NCBI RefSeq assembly: GCF_036321535.1
Contig: NC_087436.1
Location: 26,786,001 to 26,850,000 of the forward strand
Source: Camelus dromedarius
Taxonomy: Eukaryota
Direction: 5' to 3'
Length of the DNA stretch: 64,000 nucleotides
The notes under the pieces are model-generated. The model had not been told where the DNA came from. It searched no databases and was given only the letters and a program-made list of their open reading frames with translations. Below, one piece after another: positions 25,161 through 39,037 of this stretch; position 1 is the first letter of the stretch; the number at the start of each line of letters is the position of its first letter. The translations under genes and the position numbers were made by a program.

Positions 25161-26944
25161 TGGAAGCACATATTTCAAACATATTACAAAATAGGTTCTG
25201 CAATGTTAATGGGCAACAATACTGTGGAAAGCTCTCTGTCTATTCTTGTACAAGTCAAAATCTATGCTTTAATAATCTCAATAGTGAAATGAAAAGGTGG
25301 GGCCAAAAGATTCTTAGGTCCAACTCGCTGAAGTTCAATGATCCATGAAATTTTTAAGTATGTAAAAATTCATTTTGATTTCATACTACCTCTGATATTT
25401 TCCATAATGTGAAATAATGAAGTTCCAATTTCTCAAGGTTCCTAGGCTATCTTTTAAAATAAGACTATAACTCTTTCCACTTTGTTGCCTTCAAAGTTTT
25501 GCTATCAGGACTGTGTTAAAAATGCAAAATGAATTTTTAACAGAGCATTGACACTTGCATTGTTAATGTGCCTTCAGGCATGTAATTAGCTGAGAAGTTT
25601 AATCTTTTATATTCCAAAGTTTGATCAGAATGCATAAGCTCAGAAAAGCTATAAAGTATTGACCGGTATCTTTGATAAAAAAAAGAAAGTTCTAAGCAAG
25701 CACTTGAAGGTACTTTCTGTAAATGCAAATGTTCCCTGTTGCTTCTCAATAACTATTAAATATAATAAGATGATTTTTTTCTCTTTTTATATATCAACTA
25801 GAAACAAAATGTCTACTATTTTTCCTGCTTTATAGACTTTTGAGAGTTTTTTTTTTTTGCATGGGAATATTTAAAAAGAGTCATGTGTAACTTTGATAAA
25901 TGAATGATTATTTCATGAATGATTTGTCTTTAACAAAGCATATGACCCATTAATGAAAACTTTTAAAAAGTCTGCTAGGTGAAGATATAAAATGAAATTA
26001 TAATGTAGGTTATTTAAATAAATTCATGTTATCTATTTATTTATGCTGAGTAAATACTAACAGATATGTATTTCTGTAGCATTCAATCTCATGTTATAAT
26101 ACAATATTTATTTGATATGAGATTAAGAGATGACAGTACGATTGCATTGGAAACTGTTGGTTTGACTGAATAAGAGACAAAAAAAGGAAACTTTCACAAG
26201 AATTGAAAACATATCCAAATTGGAGAGAATTAGAGATATTAACCACATCAGTCTGGAGGTAATTTTCTTTTATTTGAAGCTCTTGTGCTTAAGTGTATAC
26301 TCAAATTGTTCAAAAGGTATCTCTTTAATTACTTTTATATCCACTCACTGTTCAACAGAGAGTAGGTGATAAGTAAATCTTGTTAATTAAAAGTTGCAGG
26401 GACCTCAGAAGAAAATCAGATTTACATAGTGCCTCTGCTTTATGGGAAACATGAGATTAGTTCTGGTGTGATTATGTAGTATTTAGGCAGGAGAGGCTAA
26501 AGTTTGGAATAAGAATAATGCAGAGCATTATACCAAGGAGACAATATTATCACAATATGAAGTAGATATTAGTGGTGAAAGAAGTAGGAAAATAATTCTT
26601 TTTGGAAAAGGCCATTCCTGTGGCTGAGATAATCCTGAAATCAATATTTTAAAAATATATTATAATGACAGTTGATTAACACCATGTTCTCTTCAGAAAA
26701 CAGCTATGCATGGATTAATGAGATACTATAATCAATCACTTTACAAAAGAACTCTTTTGGATCTAGCTGGACATAGAAAAGAACAAAGGTTTCTGTGCTC
26801 CCATAATATTGTACCATTAAGATGGTGGCGTACTCATTACATTCTATTTCATATTTATTTACAGTTATAATCATCTCACTCACTACTTTGCAAGTTTTTT
26901 GAGCTACTATTTTATCTCAGTTGTATTTGTATTACTCACAGCAC

Positions 26945-27065
26945 CATTTATTTTTCCAACAAGTATTTATTGAATCTTCACTATGTGCCAACTATGGTGC
27001 TATATACAAAATAATCGAATGGAAATGTACTGTTTCTGGCATCAGTGAACCCTGTGGTCCATGGA

Positions 27066-27124
<59 letters not shown>

Positions 27125-27700
27125 TGCTACTACCAATACTTGATGAATTTAAAAAGAGCAGGAGTACTGGGGAATGTGTATAGGGTTACTTTAGAAGTTA
27201 GGTAAGAGCATCTAGCTGTAGAGTGCTTCATGAGATAGAAAGTAGATAGGCTTTCACGTTGTGTATAGTGGAGTACAAACATTTGCAAAGCACAGTGTTT
27301 GTGAGAATGACCTGTGTTTGGGAATTACAGAAAGTTTACTACTGTAGGAGCCTCAAATGTGAGATCTAGGGTGTGCATGTCAGGAGGGGTGATTTATGAA
27401 AGGTAGGATAAAGTCAGGAAGGGAGAGGTACATGAAAACAAAAAAAGATATAGGAGATGTAGTTGATCAGTTTAGAAAAGGGAACAGATCATAGAAGGGA
27501 ATAGATCATAGAAGGATAACTTATCATGCTAGAGTGTTGGCATGTTATACCAGAGAGGAGAAGGCTCACTGAGAGAATTTAGCAGGGAGTGACTTAGTAA
27601 AAACTGTATGTCAATAGATATTTTTGGCAAATAAAAGATGCTTGGAAAACAATAAACTGGGGAATAACACTTGGAAATAATAACACTTGGAAATCACAGA
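26945..27700. mobile_element. L2 3' fragments
   Basis: 'catttatttttccaacaagtatttattgaatcttcactatgtgcca' L2 terminus motif followed by decayed L2 body. Confidence 0.6.
27067..27122. repeat. (AC)28 perfect microsatellite
   Basis: Read directly. Confidence 0.99.
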
Positions 27701-27734
27701 AGCTATTTTGGAAATGCCTGAAAACAATTGGCCT

Positions 27735-27930
27735 GTCAGTGATTCCAAAATAACAAGAGAACTGCAGAGTCATCTAAGTTATCCTTTCACCATGCCAATT
27801 CAAAGGTCTTCTCCAGACTTTTAAATTAAATTAGCTGGGAATGGGCCTGAGTATCTGCATTTTAGCAAGCATTGCCACATTATTCTTACGGAGGTGGTAG
27901 CTAAAACATATCTTGATAATACTGCTTTAT
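27735..27930. mobile_element. MER5-like hAT MITE remnant
   Basis: 'ccagacttttaaattaaattagctgggaatgggcctgagtatctgcattttagcaagc'. Confidence 0.55.
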
Positions 27931-28079
27931 AGGCAGCTCTAAGTGTTGCTTCAGTGGATCAAATTATGCACAAAGGCAACTGGGCTTAAGATCTGGCTCC
28001 TATTTGAGATTAGTGATGATAATAATACACAGGTGTATCTGTGTGCACAGGCACCTGTGTGCGGAGGTGGGTTGCCTCC

Positions 28080-28270
28080 AAACCTTTAAAAACACTATCC
28101 TATTTTATCCACCCAGAATCCAATGATGAAGGCAGGTGAAGTATATTTTTCCTATTTTAAATGAGAGAATTGAGACAATAGCAGGTAAGTGAATTATTCT
28201 AAGTCACACTCAGAGAAAGAGGCAGAGGAAAAACCCAAACTAAAGCCACATGATTCCCTAGGTCATTGTA
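28080..28270. mobile_element. MIR fragment
   Basis: Core 'cctattttaaatgagagaattgagac...ggtaagtgaattattctaagtcacac'. Confidence 0.65.
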
Positions 28271-28367
28271 ATTTCTTATCCACTTCACTGTAGTTGATAG
28301 ATTATTTAGAGGACACCAGCCAAATTCTTGATATTTCTAATTCTCATAAATTAAATGATGGTTCAGG

Positions 28368-28588
28368 CATGTGGTTCTCAACTGGGGGCAGTTTTGCCTT
28401 CAGGGTACATTTGGCCGCGTTCCTGTCATCACAGCTTGGGGCTTGGGAGTGTTAGTGACATCCAGTGAGTGGAGGTCAGAAATGCTGCTGAACAACTTAC
28501 AGTGGACAGGACAATCCCTCTCCCAGCCAAGCAAAAAAACAAAAGGTCTGGACCAAAATTTCAATAGTGCCGAGGATGAAAAGTCCTG
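28368..28588 (+). mobile_element. MER20 hAT-Charlie MITE
   Basis: 'gtggttctcaactgggggcagttttgcc..cagggtacatttgg...catccagtgagtggaggtcagaaatgctgctgaaca...caatagtgccgagg..gaaaagtcctg'. Confidence 0.9.
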
Positions 28589-29269
28589 ATTCAGATTAAG
28601 TACCTACTAAGCTTTATTCCAGCCCTAAAATTCAATGACTATCAAATTATTTATGCACTCGATGCAACAAACTGGACACATCTGAGAAACTGTCAGTGTT
28701 ATGTCTTGAATTTCTCTTTTGTCTAAATATTGTCAATAGTTCTGACCCCTTAGTTTATGTTTATCCAATGTTATTTCAATGTTATTTCAATTCTTTGGTC
28801 TGTATCCATCTGTTGAATAATAAAGAGGGGACTGATATTCCCTGATTTCCTACTACATGTCAGACAATTTCGCTATGCTGACTCATTTGACCCTTAAAAC
28901 AGCGTATTAAAACTGACATTATTAATGCCCTCTGCCCTTCTTGTATATAATTAGACAGTCCCATAATACTGGACTTAAAAATAATGGTTTGGTTTTCATT
29001 GGCAAAGAAATGAGTTGATTATTCCTGTCTACATATCTTTCTAATAGATGGGTCTGATCCTCGGCATCAGCTCCTGCTGTGCAGGGTCTTCACCACACTG
29101 GTGAGGCTTCCAGGGAGAAAGGCAGATCAGCATGTGAGTCACAGGACTCAGCATGAACACTGCAGAGAAGCAGAGAAAGCTCAAGTCTTTGTCATTTTTA
29201 TGAGACACTATCAGTAGCAAGCGAAGGGCTTGGTCTGCAGATGAGAGACATCAGCAGACTTAGTCTGTA

Positions 29270-29415
29270 AAACCAAGGATTTACAATGCCAGCCTTGTCA
29301 CTAATGAGCTATGTGACTTGGGGAAATTCAATATCTTTGTCCTCATTTTCTTCAACTGTAAACTATACGGTTGGACAGTTGGAACTGAACTTTTCTAGCA
29401 TCCTTTCCAGCTTTA
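29270..29415. mobile_element. MIR fragment
   Basis: 'cactaatgagctatgtgacttggggaa...cctcattttcttcaactgtaaa'. Confidence 0.65.
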
Positions 29416-30088
29416 TAAAATAATTTCTTCTTTTGTAAGCCACTCATTTGGAATTCACTTGGAGAGTCTCATATTTGTTTGGCAACCTTCCTTATAGAAC
29501 TTAGAAGAAAGTATATGTGTTTGTTTTAATTTCCGACAAGTGGTGAAGGACTTATTTTATAATTTGAAAAATTCGAGACTCTTTTCTGGTTTGAAATAAA
29601 CCTTAGGTTTTCTGGCCTCAGTCAAAATATTCTCAAACTTCGTAATAATAATTTTAAGTAATTTTTTTTATTAGTATTGGAGACAAAGGTATATCGCTAA
29701 CAGAAAAAAAAGGAGGTTGACTTGGAATAGAAACATGCTTATACTTGAGTGTGTCTTATATTTATGAACCTCTTAATGCTTAAAAATCACTCAACACCAT
29801 TAGGAAAAGACCAAATCCAAAGAAGCTAGGATTTCTGGAGACTTTCTAGCCTCTCCCTCTACAGAGGCTTGCCAGTTATCTGTCCATGCAGGTGTGTTGA
29901 AAGTAGTACTGTGTATATTGGATTAAAATAAGGAAAAAACATTGAAAGGGTGCATTTTAATGGCAAATGCAACAGCTTTCGACTTTATTTGCTATTTCTC
30001 ACCTTATGGAAAGAAGGTATAGTGTTTTGACTAGTTTCTCTCTCCCTTCTCCCTCATCCAGCTGGAACCTCACTCAGCTGCAGCTTTA

Positions 30089-32106
30089 AAATGTCATTTT
30101 ATTTGGAAGAAGGATTTTTGCAGATGTAATTACTTAAGGATCTTGAGATGATATCATACTAAATTTAGGGTGAAACCTAAGTCCAATGACTGGTGTCCTT
30201 ATAAGAAGATGAGAGGACACAGGCATACACAGAACAAGTTCTTTATCAGGTGGAGGTAGGCAGAACTTGGAGCTATGCTACCGCAAGCCAGAGAACACTT
30301 GGGATTACTAGAAGTTGGAAAGGGAAGGAAAGGTTCTTCCCTAGGGTCTTCAAAGGGAGCACTGGCTTTCTGACACATGGATTTCAGACCTCTATCTCAT
30401 AGAACTATGAGAGAATAAATTTTTGTTGTTTTCGACCACCCAGCTTATGATATGCTATTATGGCAGCCCTAGAAAACTCCTGCAGGGTTTGGTACTTAGA
30501 AGTGGGTTGCTTCTTTTGTTTACAATAGCCAAGACATGGAGGCCACCTAAATGTCCATCGACAGATGGTTGGATAAAGAAGTTGTGGTATATATTTACAT
30601 TATATGTATATATAATGGAAAACTACTCATAAAAAGCCATAAAAAAGAATGAAATAATGCCATTTGCAGTAACATGGATGGACCTGGAGATTGTCATACT
30701 AAGTGAAGTAATCCAGAAAGAGAAAGAAAAAAATACCCTATGATATCGCTTATATGCAGAACCTAAAAAAAAAAAAAAAAAAAGGACACAAATGAATTTA
30801 TTTACAAAACTGAAACAGACTCACAGACATAGAAAACAAACTTACGGTTACCAAGGGGAAAGTGGGGCAGTGGAGGAACAAACTGAGAGTTTGGAGTTTA
30901 CAGATACTAACTACTATATTTCAAATAGATAAACAGCAAGGTCCCACTGGACAGCTCAAGGAACTATATTCAAAACCTTGTAATAGCCTATAATGAAAAA
31001 GAATACAAAAAGGAATATATATATTTATGTATGTGTGTGTATATATATACACATATGTATGTAAAACTGAATCCCTATGGTGTACACTAGAAATTAACAC
31101 AACATGGTAAACTGACTATACTTTAATAAAAAATAGAAAAAATAAAAAGATCAGTTGTTTTTTGGTACAAAAAAAGAAAGTGGGTGCTTCTTTATGAAGT
31201 ATTTTGAAATGTGGAAGTTTCTTTGAAATTGGGTAATAGAGACTGAAACTATTGAGGCTTATGATAGAAAAAGTTTAGGACTATTGGTAAAAATATAGAC
31301 ATAAAAGGTACTTCTCTTGAGTTCTCAGAAGGAAAGGAAGAATATGTTATTTGACACTGTAAAAAAGGCAATCTGTGTTATAAAGAGGCAAAAAAAAATT
31401 GGCTGAATTGTGGCACAAAGCAGAGCTTATAAGCAATGAAACAATATTTAGCTGAGGACATTTCCTTGCCAAGTACTGAAGGTGCAGCCTGGTTTCTCTT
31501 TCTCTGTCATCATACAATGTGAGAAGAAATAAATAAATCAAAGAAGAAACTCTAAAGCAAAACAACTAGAATTTGATATTTTGGAAAATTATCAGCCTAT
31601 CCTTATCTCAAAAGATGCTAAATCATACTCTGGAGAGAATGCCAAGGATAAGGAAGACAGTCTGCTGCTGGAGATACGAGGTATGTGACTTATGAACACA
31701 ATAAATCATCAGTAGAAGCCAGAGGTGGAGATGACATCGCACAGGAGGGATCTGTGGAGAACCCTTGTGTCTAAAGGCTTGCATCCCCTTGAAATGCCTG
31801 GGAAACAGACACGGTTCTTGAGAATGTCAAGCCAGCTGAAATACTGCAAATGTATTACACCTGGAGTCTCACCCATACTTGATTTAGACGATGTGATTTG
31901 GAACTTCTTGAGTAATGAATGTTTAGATGAGACTTTGGACTTAGAGAGATTTTGCTGAAATGAGTTAAGGCTTGAGACTGTTGGGATGAAGTGAATATGT
32001 TTTGCCTGTGGAATGAATGTGAATTTTGGAGTAACAGACGGTGGATTACAGTCTACCCCCCAAATTCAAGTCCAGCCACCCAGTTAGTGTAATTTGTTAT
32101 GGCAAT
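30089..32106 (+). mobile_element. MLT1C-like MaLR provirus (LTR ~30089-30484, internal to ~32040, internally deleted 3' LTR remnant), interrupted by L1
   Basis: LTR tail 'atggcagccctagaaaact' followed by int start 'tttggtacttagaagtggg'; int end 'gaatgtgaattttggag'; collapsed second LTR 'cccccaaattcaagtcc/agccacccagttagtgtaatttgttatggca'. Confidence 0.82.
30517..31177 (+). mobile_element. 5'-truncated L1 3' end with TSD
   Basis: FTIAKTWRPPKCPSTDGWIKKLWYI (ORF2 C-terminus), 3'UTR, A-rich tail; TSD aagtggg(t)tgcttcttt at 30500-30516 and 31178-31193. Confidence 0.93.
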
Positions 32107-34077
32107 TGGTTGAAAGGAGAAAAATACCTCAGAAAGAAGGTCTTCTGAGTTTGTGGATATTTACTGTATCCCACACCATACACACTTTGGACAATATTCT
32201 TCACCATTCCCCATCCCAAATAGGCAACACTCTTCTCAAACAAAATAATAGGACTTAGATTAGTTTTAAGCTGATATGTGGTAGTGGTCTGCCTTAGTGA
32301 AGATCACACACAGTGCTAACTTGTTATAGGCAGTCAAAATTCAATGCTGGCTCCTAAGATATTATGTATAAGCAACATCTGGAGTGTAGTCAAATACATA
32401 AAGTTATGCAGGACCAAACTTTTGAATATTTGAGTCTTAGTTGAAGCGTTAAAGAATCATAGCTGACACAAGATCCGCAGAGTTCATGGTATATTATGCT
32501 TAATAATTAGTAGTTTTTATTGTTTAATATATGTTCATTTCTTCACTTCAAGTAACTTAAAACATTTCTGAATTCGTACCTTAAAATAATTCCTTAGAAG
32601 GTGGTACATATCTTTTTGGCTACTTTTGTAGCTACCCACCTGTTTCTCAGAAAGATTGGACACAGATTTGAACATTTAGTATTTTTGATGAGTGATATAG
32701 AAAAAAAATCATTTACTCTTTGAGTGCACGGTCTCTTAAACTGTCTTTCATACATATTTAAAGCAATGGGTAAATACAGATTTTATTTTTCCTTTAAAAT
32801 TGCTTGCTTTCTGCCTTTCCTGGTAGTCAAAGGAGGTTTAAAAACATTCCCCTCTTGTCTCATGCAGAACAATTACAGGCTTTCTGAGACAGAAAACAAA
32901 TAGTGAAATAGATGTGGAAAAAGGAGTTCTAAAGCACAGGAGGAGCTAATATAAAAAAAACCATAAAAGCAGAGTGTATTGTATAACCAGTACTGTGAAT
33001 AATAACCCTGAGTACACTGAGAATAGAGTACATTTTATTATTCCTTAAAGAACTCTTGGCGTCACTAAAAATCAGGAGAGCCTGAGGCTAGCTCTGTGTA
33101 TGTCTTAAATTCAACAATAAAATATACGGTAACTTACTGACATAGTAGCTCTTTATTTTTCTTTAATTTGGCAGTAGAGAGCAGGTATTTAGGTAAATTA
33201 TGTAATGAATAACTGACCAATACTTTTCAACATTCTATTCTATTTTCAAATCATTTCTTGAAATAAATTGTATGCACATATACAGTCTATTATGGATAGA
33301 AGCAAAATATACAGTGAATCATGAATATTATCGTATGTATTTAGTCCCTTATTCCAGAGCTTAAAATGTGTCTCTTCAAACACATTTCTTTGCTCTTACC
33401 TCATGCCAACTCTCACTGACTAGGAGGTATTTTAATGACTTAACATTTATAGAGAATGCAGAAGTTTGTTAGTACAAATATGCACCTCTTTTTGAACAGC
33501 TTGAGGAACATAGTAATTGTAAATATAAATTATTCAACTACTTTTCCCATTTTGATAAATTTCATAATATTCTATTAAAGACAGAGTTATATATAAATAT
33601 TATCTCAAGAGATAGAGAATGATAGATAAACAGATAGACAAATAAATATCCATACCTTTATGGCTTGGGAGCAGGAAAGTCAGAGTTGGTATTGGTCAAG
33701 GTAACTATAAATGGAAAAAAGAGAGAAGAATATTTCTAATTTAATAACTCCTTTTTCTTAAAGCCTTGTTTGTCAATTAGTTTTATGTTTTTTTGAAAAT
33801 TTTATGTTCTATTCTTAATGGAAATAAAGTTCCTAAATCTGTTACTATCTGTAACAGTTTCTGTAATGTTAATGTAAAAAGTAGATTTCCATGATTAGTA
33901 TTTTACAGAGTTCCAGTTCTTAAAACCATAAGACATGTATTAATGTCCTGAGTTATTTGATATTCTAAGTGTGGGTAAAGAGGAAGATACTGAGTGACAT
34001 TCAAAGTTTCTAACAAAGAGAATTTAATGCAAACATGAAAGTTATTTTGAGGTTTTAATATTGTATCAATATTAAAT

Positions 34078-34215
34078 ATGTGTATGCATACACATATAGA
34101 TATATTCAGCTACATATACATATATACACCCATGTGTATACATATATATGTGTGTGTAGATATACATATACATATATATATATATACACATATACATATA
34201 TATCTTTGTATATTT
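34078..34215. repeat. Degenerate (TA/CA/TG)n low-complexity tract
   Basis: Alternating purine-pyrimidine tract read directly. Confidence 0.9.
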
Positions 34216-35241
34216 ACAACTTAGGACTCAGGCATAAATCTCAAGCAGATGCTAGAGGTCTGCTTGTGATTTAGTTGGTGAGGAGATTCCTAAAAGTGAC
34301 ATATATTCTTATCTGAACATTTAATTTCATTTCAAATTGTACACATTTCTAAAATTTAGATGATGGACAATGGTGGACTTTTGGGAAGTCTGTCTCAGAT
34401 TTGTGAAAGCATCTATAAAATGAAGTGCTCTTCCTTCTTATCTAGTTTGTTTAGTCAGTTAGATATTTACTTTTTGCCTAAAATGGGAAGTTATATGACC
34501 TAATGACCATACTTCTATTTTTGTTGACCTGATCTTGGGCATGGGGCATGCTCAGAATGGCTTGTGGCTTTAAATTGATCTGGAACATTACATTCTGAAC
34601 ATTAAAAATTCAAAATATTTGTAAACTCATTCATCTGTGCAAATGGTTTTCAATAAATAAAATGCTTTATACATTTAATTATGTGATAGCCTTAGTCCTA
34701 TCTGATGTTCTATCAACCACTTTGATTGAAATTCAATTACATAATATTCATGGGACTATATATGGGAATTACATAATATTAGTGGGAACTTTAGAATAAG
34801 TCTGCCATCAAAACCAGCAAAATATCCAACATGGGATCCACTGATAAAATGCAGCCTGCTGGATTTGGAGGTTCACTTGTCCTGTAATTTTTCAGCAACA
34901 GGAAATTACAGACTAAAGTAACTAGGAGGTTTGGGCTTGGTCTAAATAGAGCATAAGATATATCTAAGGTGAAAAAATTACTGATTGATTATGAAATAAT
35001 CAATAAAACAAAATAAAAAAGGAAAGAAAGTTTATAGGCCCAGCAATAATATATTAGGTAATTTGACAGAGAAATCAGTAAATTAGATCCATTTTAGATT
35101 GGATGGATATAAATAAATACATGTGTGAATGTATAGATGCACACACACACATACATACATATGTATATACATGCTGATGAAAATATATTCAGGCATTTTC
35201 TTTTATTGAGGAGTTTGGGGGTTTAATGAAAAATCCAACTA

Positions 35242-35476
35242 TAGTTGACCCCTGAGAAACCATAGGTTTGAACTATCCAGGTCCATTATATGCAAATTTA
35301 TTTCAGAAGTAAAGACTATGGTACTACAGGATCCTGGGTTGGTTGAATCCTCAGATGCTGTACTGCAGATGAGGAGGAACCAAAGATACAGAGGGTTGAA
35401 TATAAATTGTACAAAGATTTTGAGTGTGGTGGGTCAGTGCCGCTAACTTCTATGTTGTTCAAGAGTGAACTAACTG
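35242..35476 (+). mobile_element. Tigger2-derived MITE (MER8/Tigger2a-like)
   Basis: TIRs (ta)tagttgacccctgagaaac ... gttgttcaagagtgaactaactg(ta); TA on both flanks. Confidence 0.8.
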
Positions 35477-38129
35477 TATTTACAAACTAGCCAAACTTTG
35501 AGTCGTATATATCTAGCTTTGTGAGAGTACAGTTCATTCATGACGTATCTTATGCCTTTATAAAATAACTTAGCAATGTGAGCAAAAGGCATATAAATGT
35601 CTAATGAGATCCATCATTGGAAAATTCACATGCACACATGATTTTTACTCAACTTACTATCTCAGGATTAAAATAAATAACTTTACTTATCACGACATTC
35701 TGGAGCAATGTATCTGGACTAAGCACAGATACCTGAGTGCTCAAAGGACACCAGGAATTCATTTCTGTGTGAACTTTTTAAAGTTTATTCAGATTCTCCC
35801 TGTGACATTATATTATATATTAGTTTTATGAGTTAAACAGTTATATGTTATACATACCAGTAATGGTATAAAGAAATTGGTACTTGACTCTTCAGATTAG
35901 TGACACAAAAAGTAAGAGTTCTGGTTTGAACTGAATAAGCACTAAAATCCATTCCTAACAGTAGAGTACAGACAAATCTTGATTACTCAGGAATTAATTC
36001 TTCAGGTTGCAGATTTTTCAATTGCTTTGCTCCTCCTCCTGCCTATTCTCTTCTTTTGCTTGTTTCTCATTTTACTGGTGTTTTTAACTTCACCACAATG
36101 CGAAATAGTACATACCTCTAATATTTGCAAATTTCAATCAACTAGAGTGGAATGCTTATTGATGCTTACCGAATGTCTCTGGAGGATAACTTACTACTGA
36201 TACATCTTTTTCATATTTCTCAAAAATCAGACCTATTACTTCTTTGCAAAAATGCATACTCACTATAATCAGTGTCTAAGTATTATTCCTAAAATGAGAG
36301 ACTCAAATTTTTCAAAGTAAGAACTTAAAGACTTCTATAGCCTATGCTCCCCAGGTAGATCTTCCATCAATTATTTGTTCTTCCTAAAGACAAAGGAGTT
36401 CTTATTGTTATTCTAATAAGGTTTTGGTCATTATTTCCAATAAATTAAAATTCTATATATTTGTATTTTACTGGAAAATTAGAAGAGACTAACAATAACC
36501 TAAAAAAATTAGCAAATCTTTACTTCCTACTTAAATCCATGAACATTTGGGAGACAAAAAAGTCTGAGCAGAGATTCACTTCCTATAAATATGATAGTGA
36601 ATAAGAAAATAGATAAACATACCTCCAAATAAGCATAATTTGTCTTTTCCTTCTGCAGTATTTTTATTACAAAATTAATTAGGTATTGGAAATAATGCAT
36701 TTAAATTACTTTTATATTTATGAATAGAAATATTAAAATAATTTAGCTTTTATAGAATAATTATCAGATTTTTTGTAAGCCTTCCCTTTATACTATCTGC
36801 AGTAAACATAACAATAACCAGAAAAAGGATTTACAAATTTCCTAATTAAGAACATGGCATCTGAGCAGGTAGAAAAACATGAAAGTTTTCAGAATCATAC
36901 TAAAAATAATATGGGTATGTTTATTATTGAAAAGTTAAGAAAGAGAGATCTGATTATGTGATATTCTTCTCAACAGATTCCTCAGTCAGAATCTGGTATT
37001 AATCAAACCACACATGCTGCAAATGTTTGCCTTTGGGTTAAAAAAAGATGTATTATAGTGTTTTATATCTGTATCTGAGCAAGAGAGCAATACAAATAGG
37101 CTTTTTAAGGGAACTGATTGTGGTTCAGATCTCTGGAGAATAAAGTTATAGTGGTTTCTGGAAAAAAATGAGTAAAATGTATGTGAAAAATTTTGGATCC
37201 CAGTGTGGGTCATTCAAAATGTGTAAACAACAGATGACAGGCAGACACAGGTAGCTTTTTTCACAAATGGAGAAGACAGTAGTTGTATAAAGGAAATTGA
37301 ATGTTTCTCCTTTCTATCTCTATAAAGCAAACCTGCCTCTGAATTTGGCCTTGAGTTGGGTTATGCAACAGCACTCAATGCAAAAATTAGCAAAGCATTT
37401 ATTTTTCAGAGCAGAATCTCTAAGCAGGAACCAACCCACCATGGTTAGGGAATTTTTCAACTAAACAGGAGGCTAGGCAGTTTGAGTTAAGTTTGTTTGA
37501 AGTCTTAGCCTGTTATTCCCCCCAATGAACTGATTACTCGCATTGAAATTACAGAAATAGATGTGCTGCCACTTCCTTTCTAAGCTGAATGCTAATGTAT
37601 TCTGCCTGCTGGAGCAACATTCAAAAGCATCCACAAAATGAGCTATCAACCCATTTCAAAAACAGTTTGAAATCTACTCTGAATACTTTCCTACAAAATA
37701 GAAATGCAAAATCATATGGCTGCCAGAAACTTGCAAAGGTCATCTACCATTCCAGCTTTTACATATTCTAAACAGAAATGAGTGTGTCCCATTCTTCACT
37801 AGTTTATTCAACACCATCAATAAATAAAACTCATTCCTACTATAAATTTCTTTTGCTCAATAAGTCAGAGAGAATGACAGAGTTGATTAGTCATTTTTAA
37901 ATAATTTTATTTAATGCGACAAATACCAATTTTGAAAGGACTACAACATGATAATAAGGCTGCTTTGGAAGGAAACTTAATTCTGCCTGGGAATTGGAGT
38001 AAGTTTCACAACTATGTTAGCTGCATCTTGGCAGATGTTAGCATTTACTGGGAAAAGGGGGACTTTTCAAAAGTAGAAATATAGGTATAATCTTGTTTTA
38101 TTTCTATTTGAGAGTAATGCAGTGGAGAG

Positions 38130-39035
38130 ATCTATCCCATGCTCTGAAATACAGAATTTTGATTTTTTATGGGATATTCCTTGGACACTTTCTCTGTGGC
38201 TACACCCATGCAGCTGAACATAACATAGACTTCCCTAACCCATTATTTCTTCCATTTCCCTCGTGGCCAACATAATTATTTCACATTTTTTTCTCTATCA
38301 TTTCTACTTTTCCTTTGACACTTCCTCCACAATCCACACTCCCAACTTTCTATTTCACAGAGAAAATAGAAGCAATCAGAGGATAACAGATTAGCTTGTA
38401 CTGCTATATCAAATCACTTCCCACTTCTGCTCCCATATATTCCATCTTTTTTCCTGTTCCAAATGCATTTGCAGCCCATGTCACTAGCTAAGGCCAATAC
38501 TAACAGCTGTTCACAGGATCACATTCCTGATAATTGCTCAAGGACATTTCTCAAGGTGCTCTCCCCATCTCTCTGTCTTACAACATCATTTTTCTCTTTA
38601 CTGTATCATTTCTTTTAGAATACAGATATCATTTGACCATCTTGCAAATACATGGTCTTCTTTGTCTCCTATCTTATTAAAATGAATGAACTTTATGATC
38701 TCATTTATTTATAGGCAAGGTTGAGACTATGGTGATACAAATGACTGACTCATCTTGGGCCAAAATTTAAAGAGTGCCAAAAAGTGTAGCAAAAAAGCTA
38801 AAATTATTTCAATATTTAAAAAAAATTTACATAAAAAGTCCATGGTAAACAAAATTTGTAATTATAAATAAAACCAGAATCAATATTACTAATTTTTATT
38901 CTTACCTTAAGCTCTAATAAGGGTAGGCATGGCACTGGTGCCAGGACACAGTCCTCTTTGACCTCTTCTTTTTTCTGTATATATGCACTCCTCACATAAT
39001 CTTAGTCTATCTTATGTCTTAAAAAAGCATCTATA
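38130..39035. mobile_element. L2 body fragments
   Basis: 'tctatttcacagagaaaatagaagcaatcaga', 'taaggccaatac', 'ctcaaggacattt' L2 motifs. Confidence 0.65.
38715..38938 (+). mobile_element. MER96B-like hAT MITE within L2
   Basis: 'gagactatggtga...ggccaaaatttaaagagtgccaaaaa...aaagtccatggtaaacaaaat...ggcatggcactg'. Confidence 0.65.
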
Positions 39036-39037
39036 TT

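Noticed and set aside
27478..27695. Short tandem duplications (gggaa.agatcatagaa x2; aataacacttggaaat x2); similar ones near 28770, 34735, 42880 and 53920
   Set aside because: Two-copy slippage duplications without spacers; not CRISPR-like or otherwise organised.
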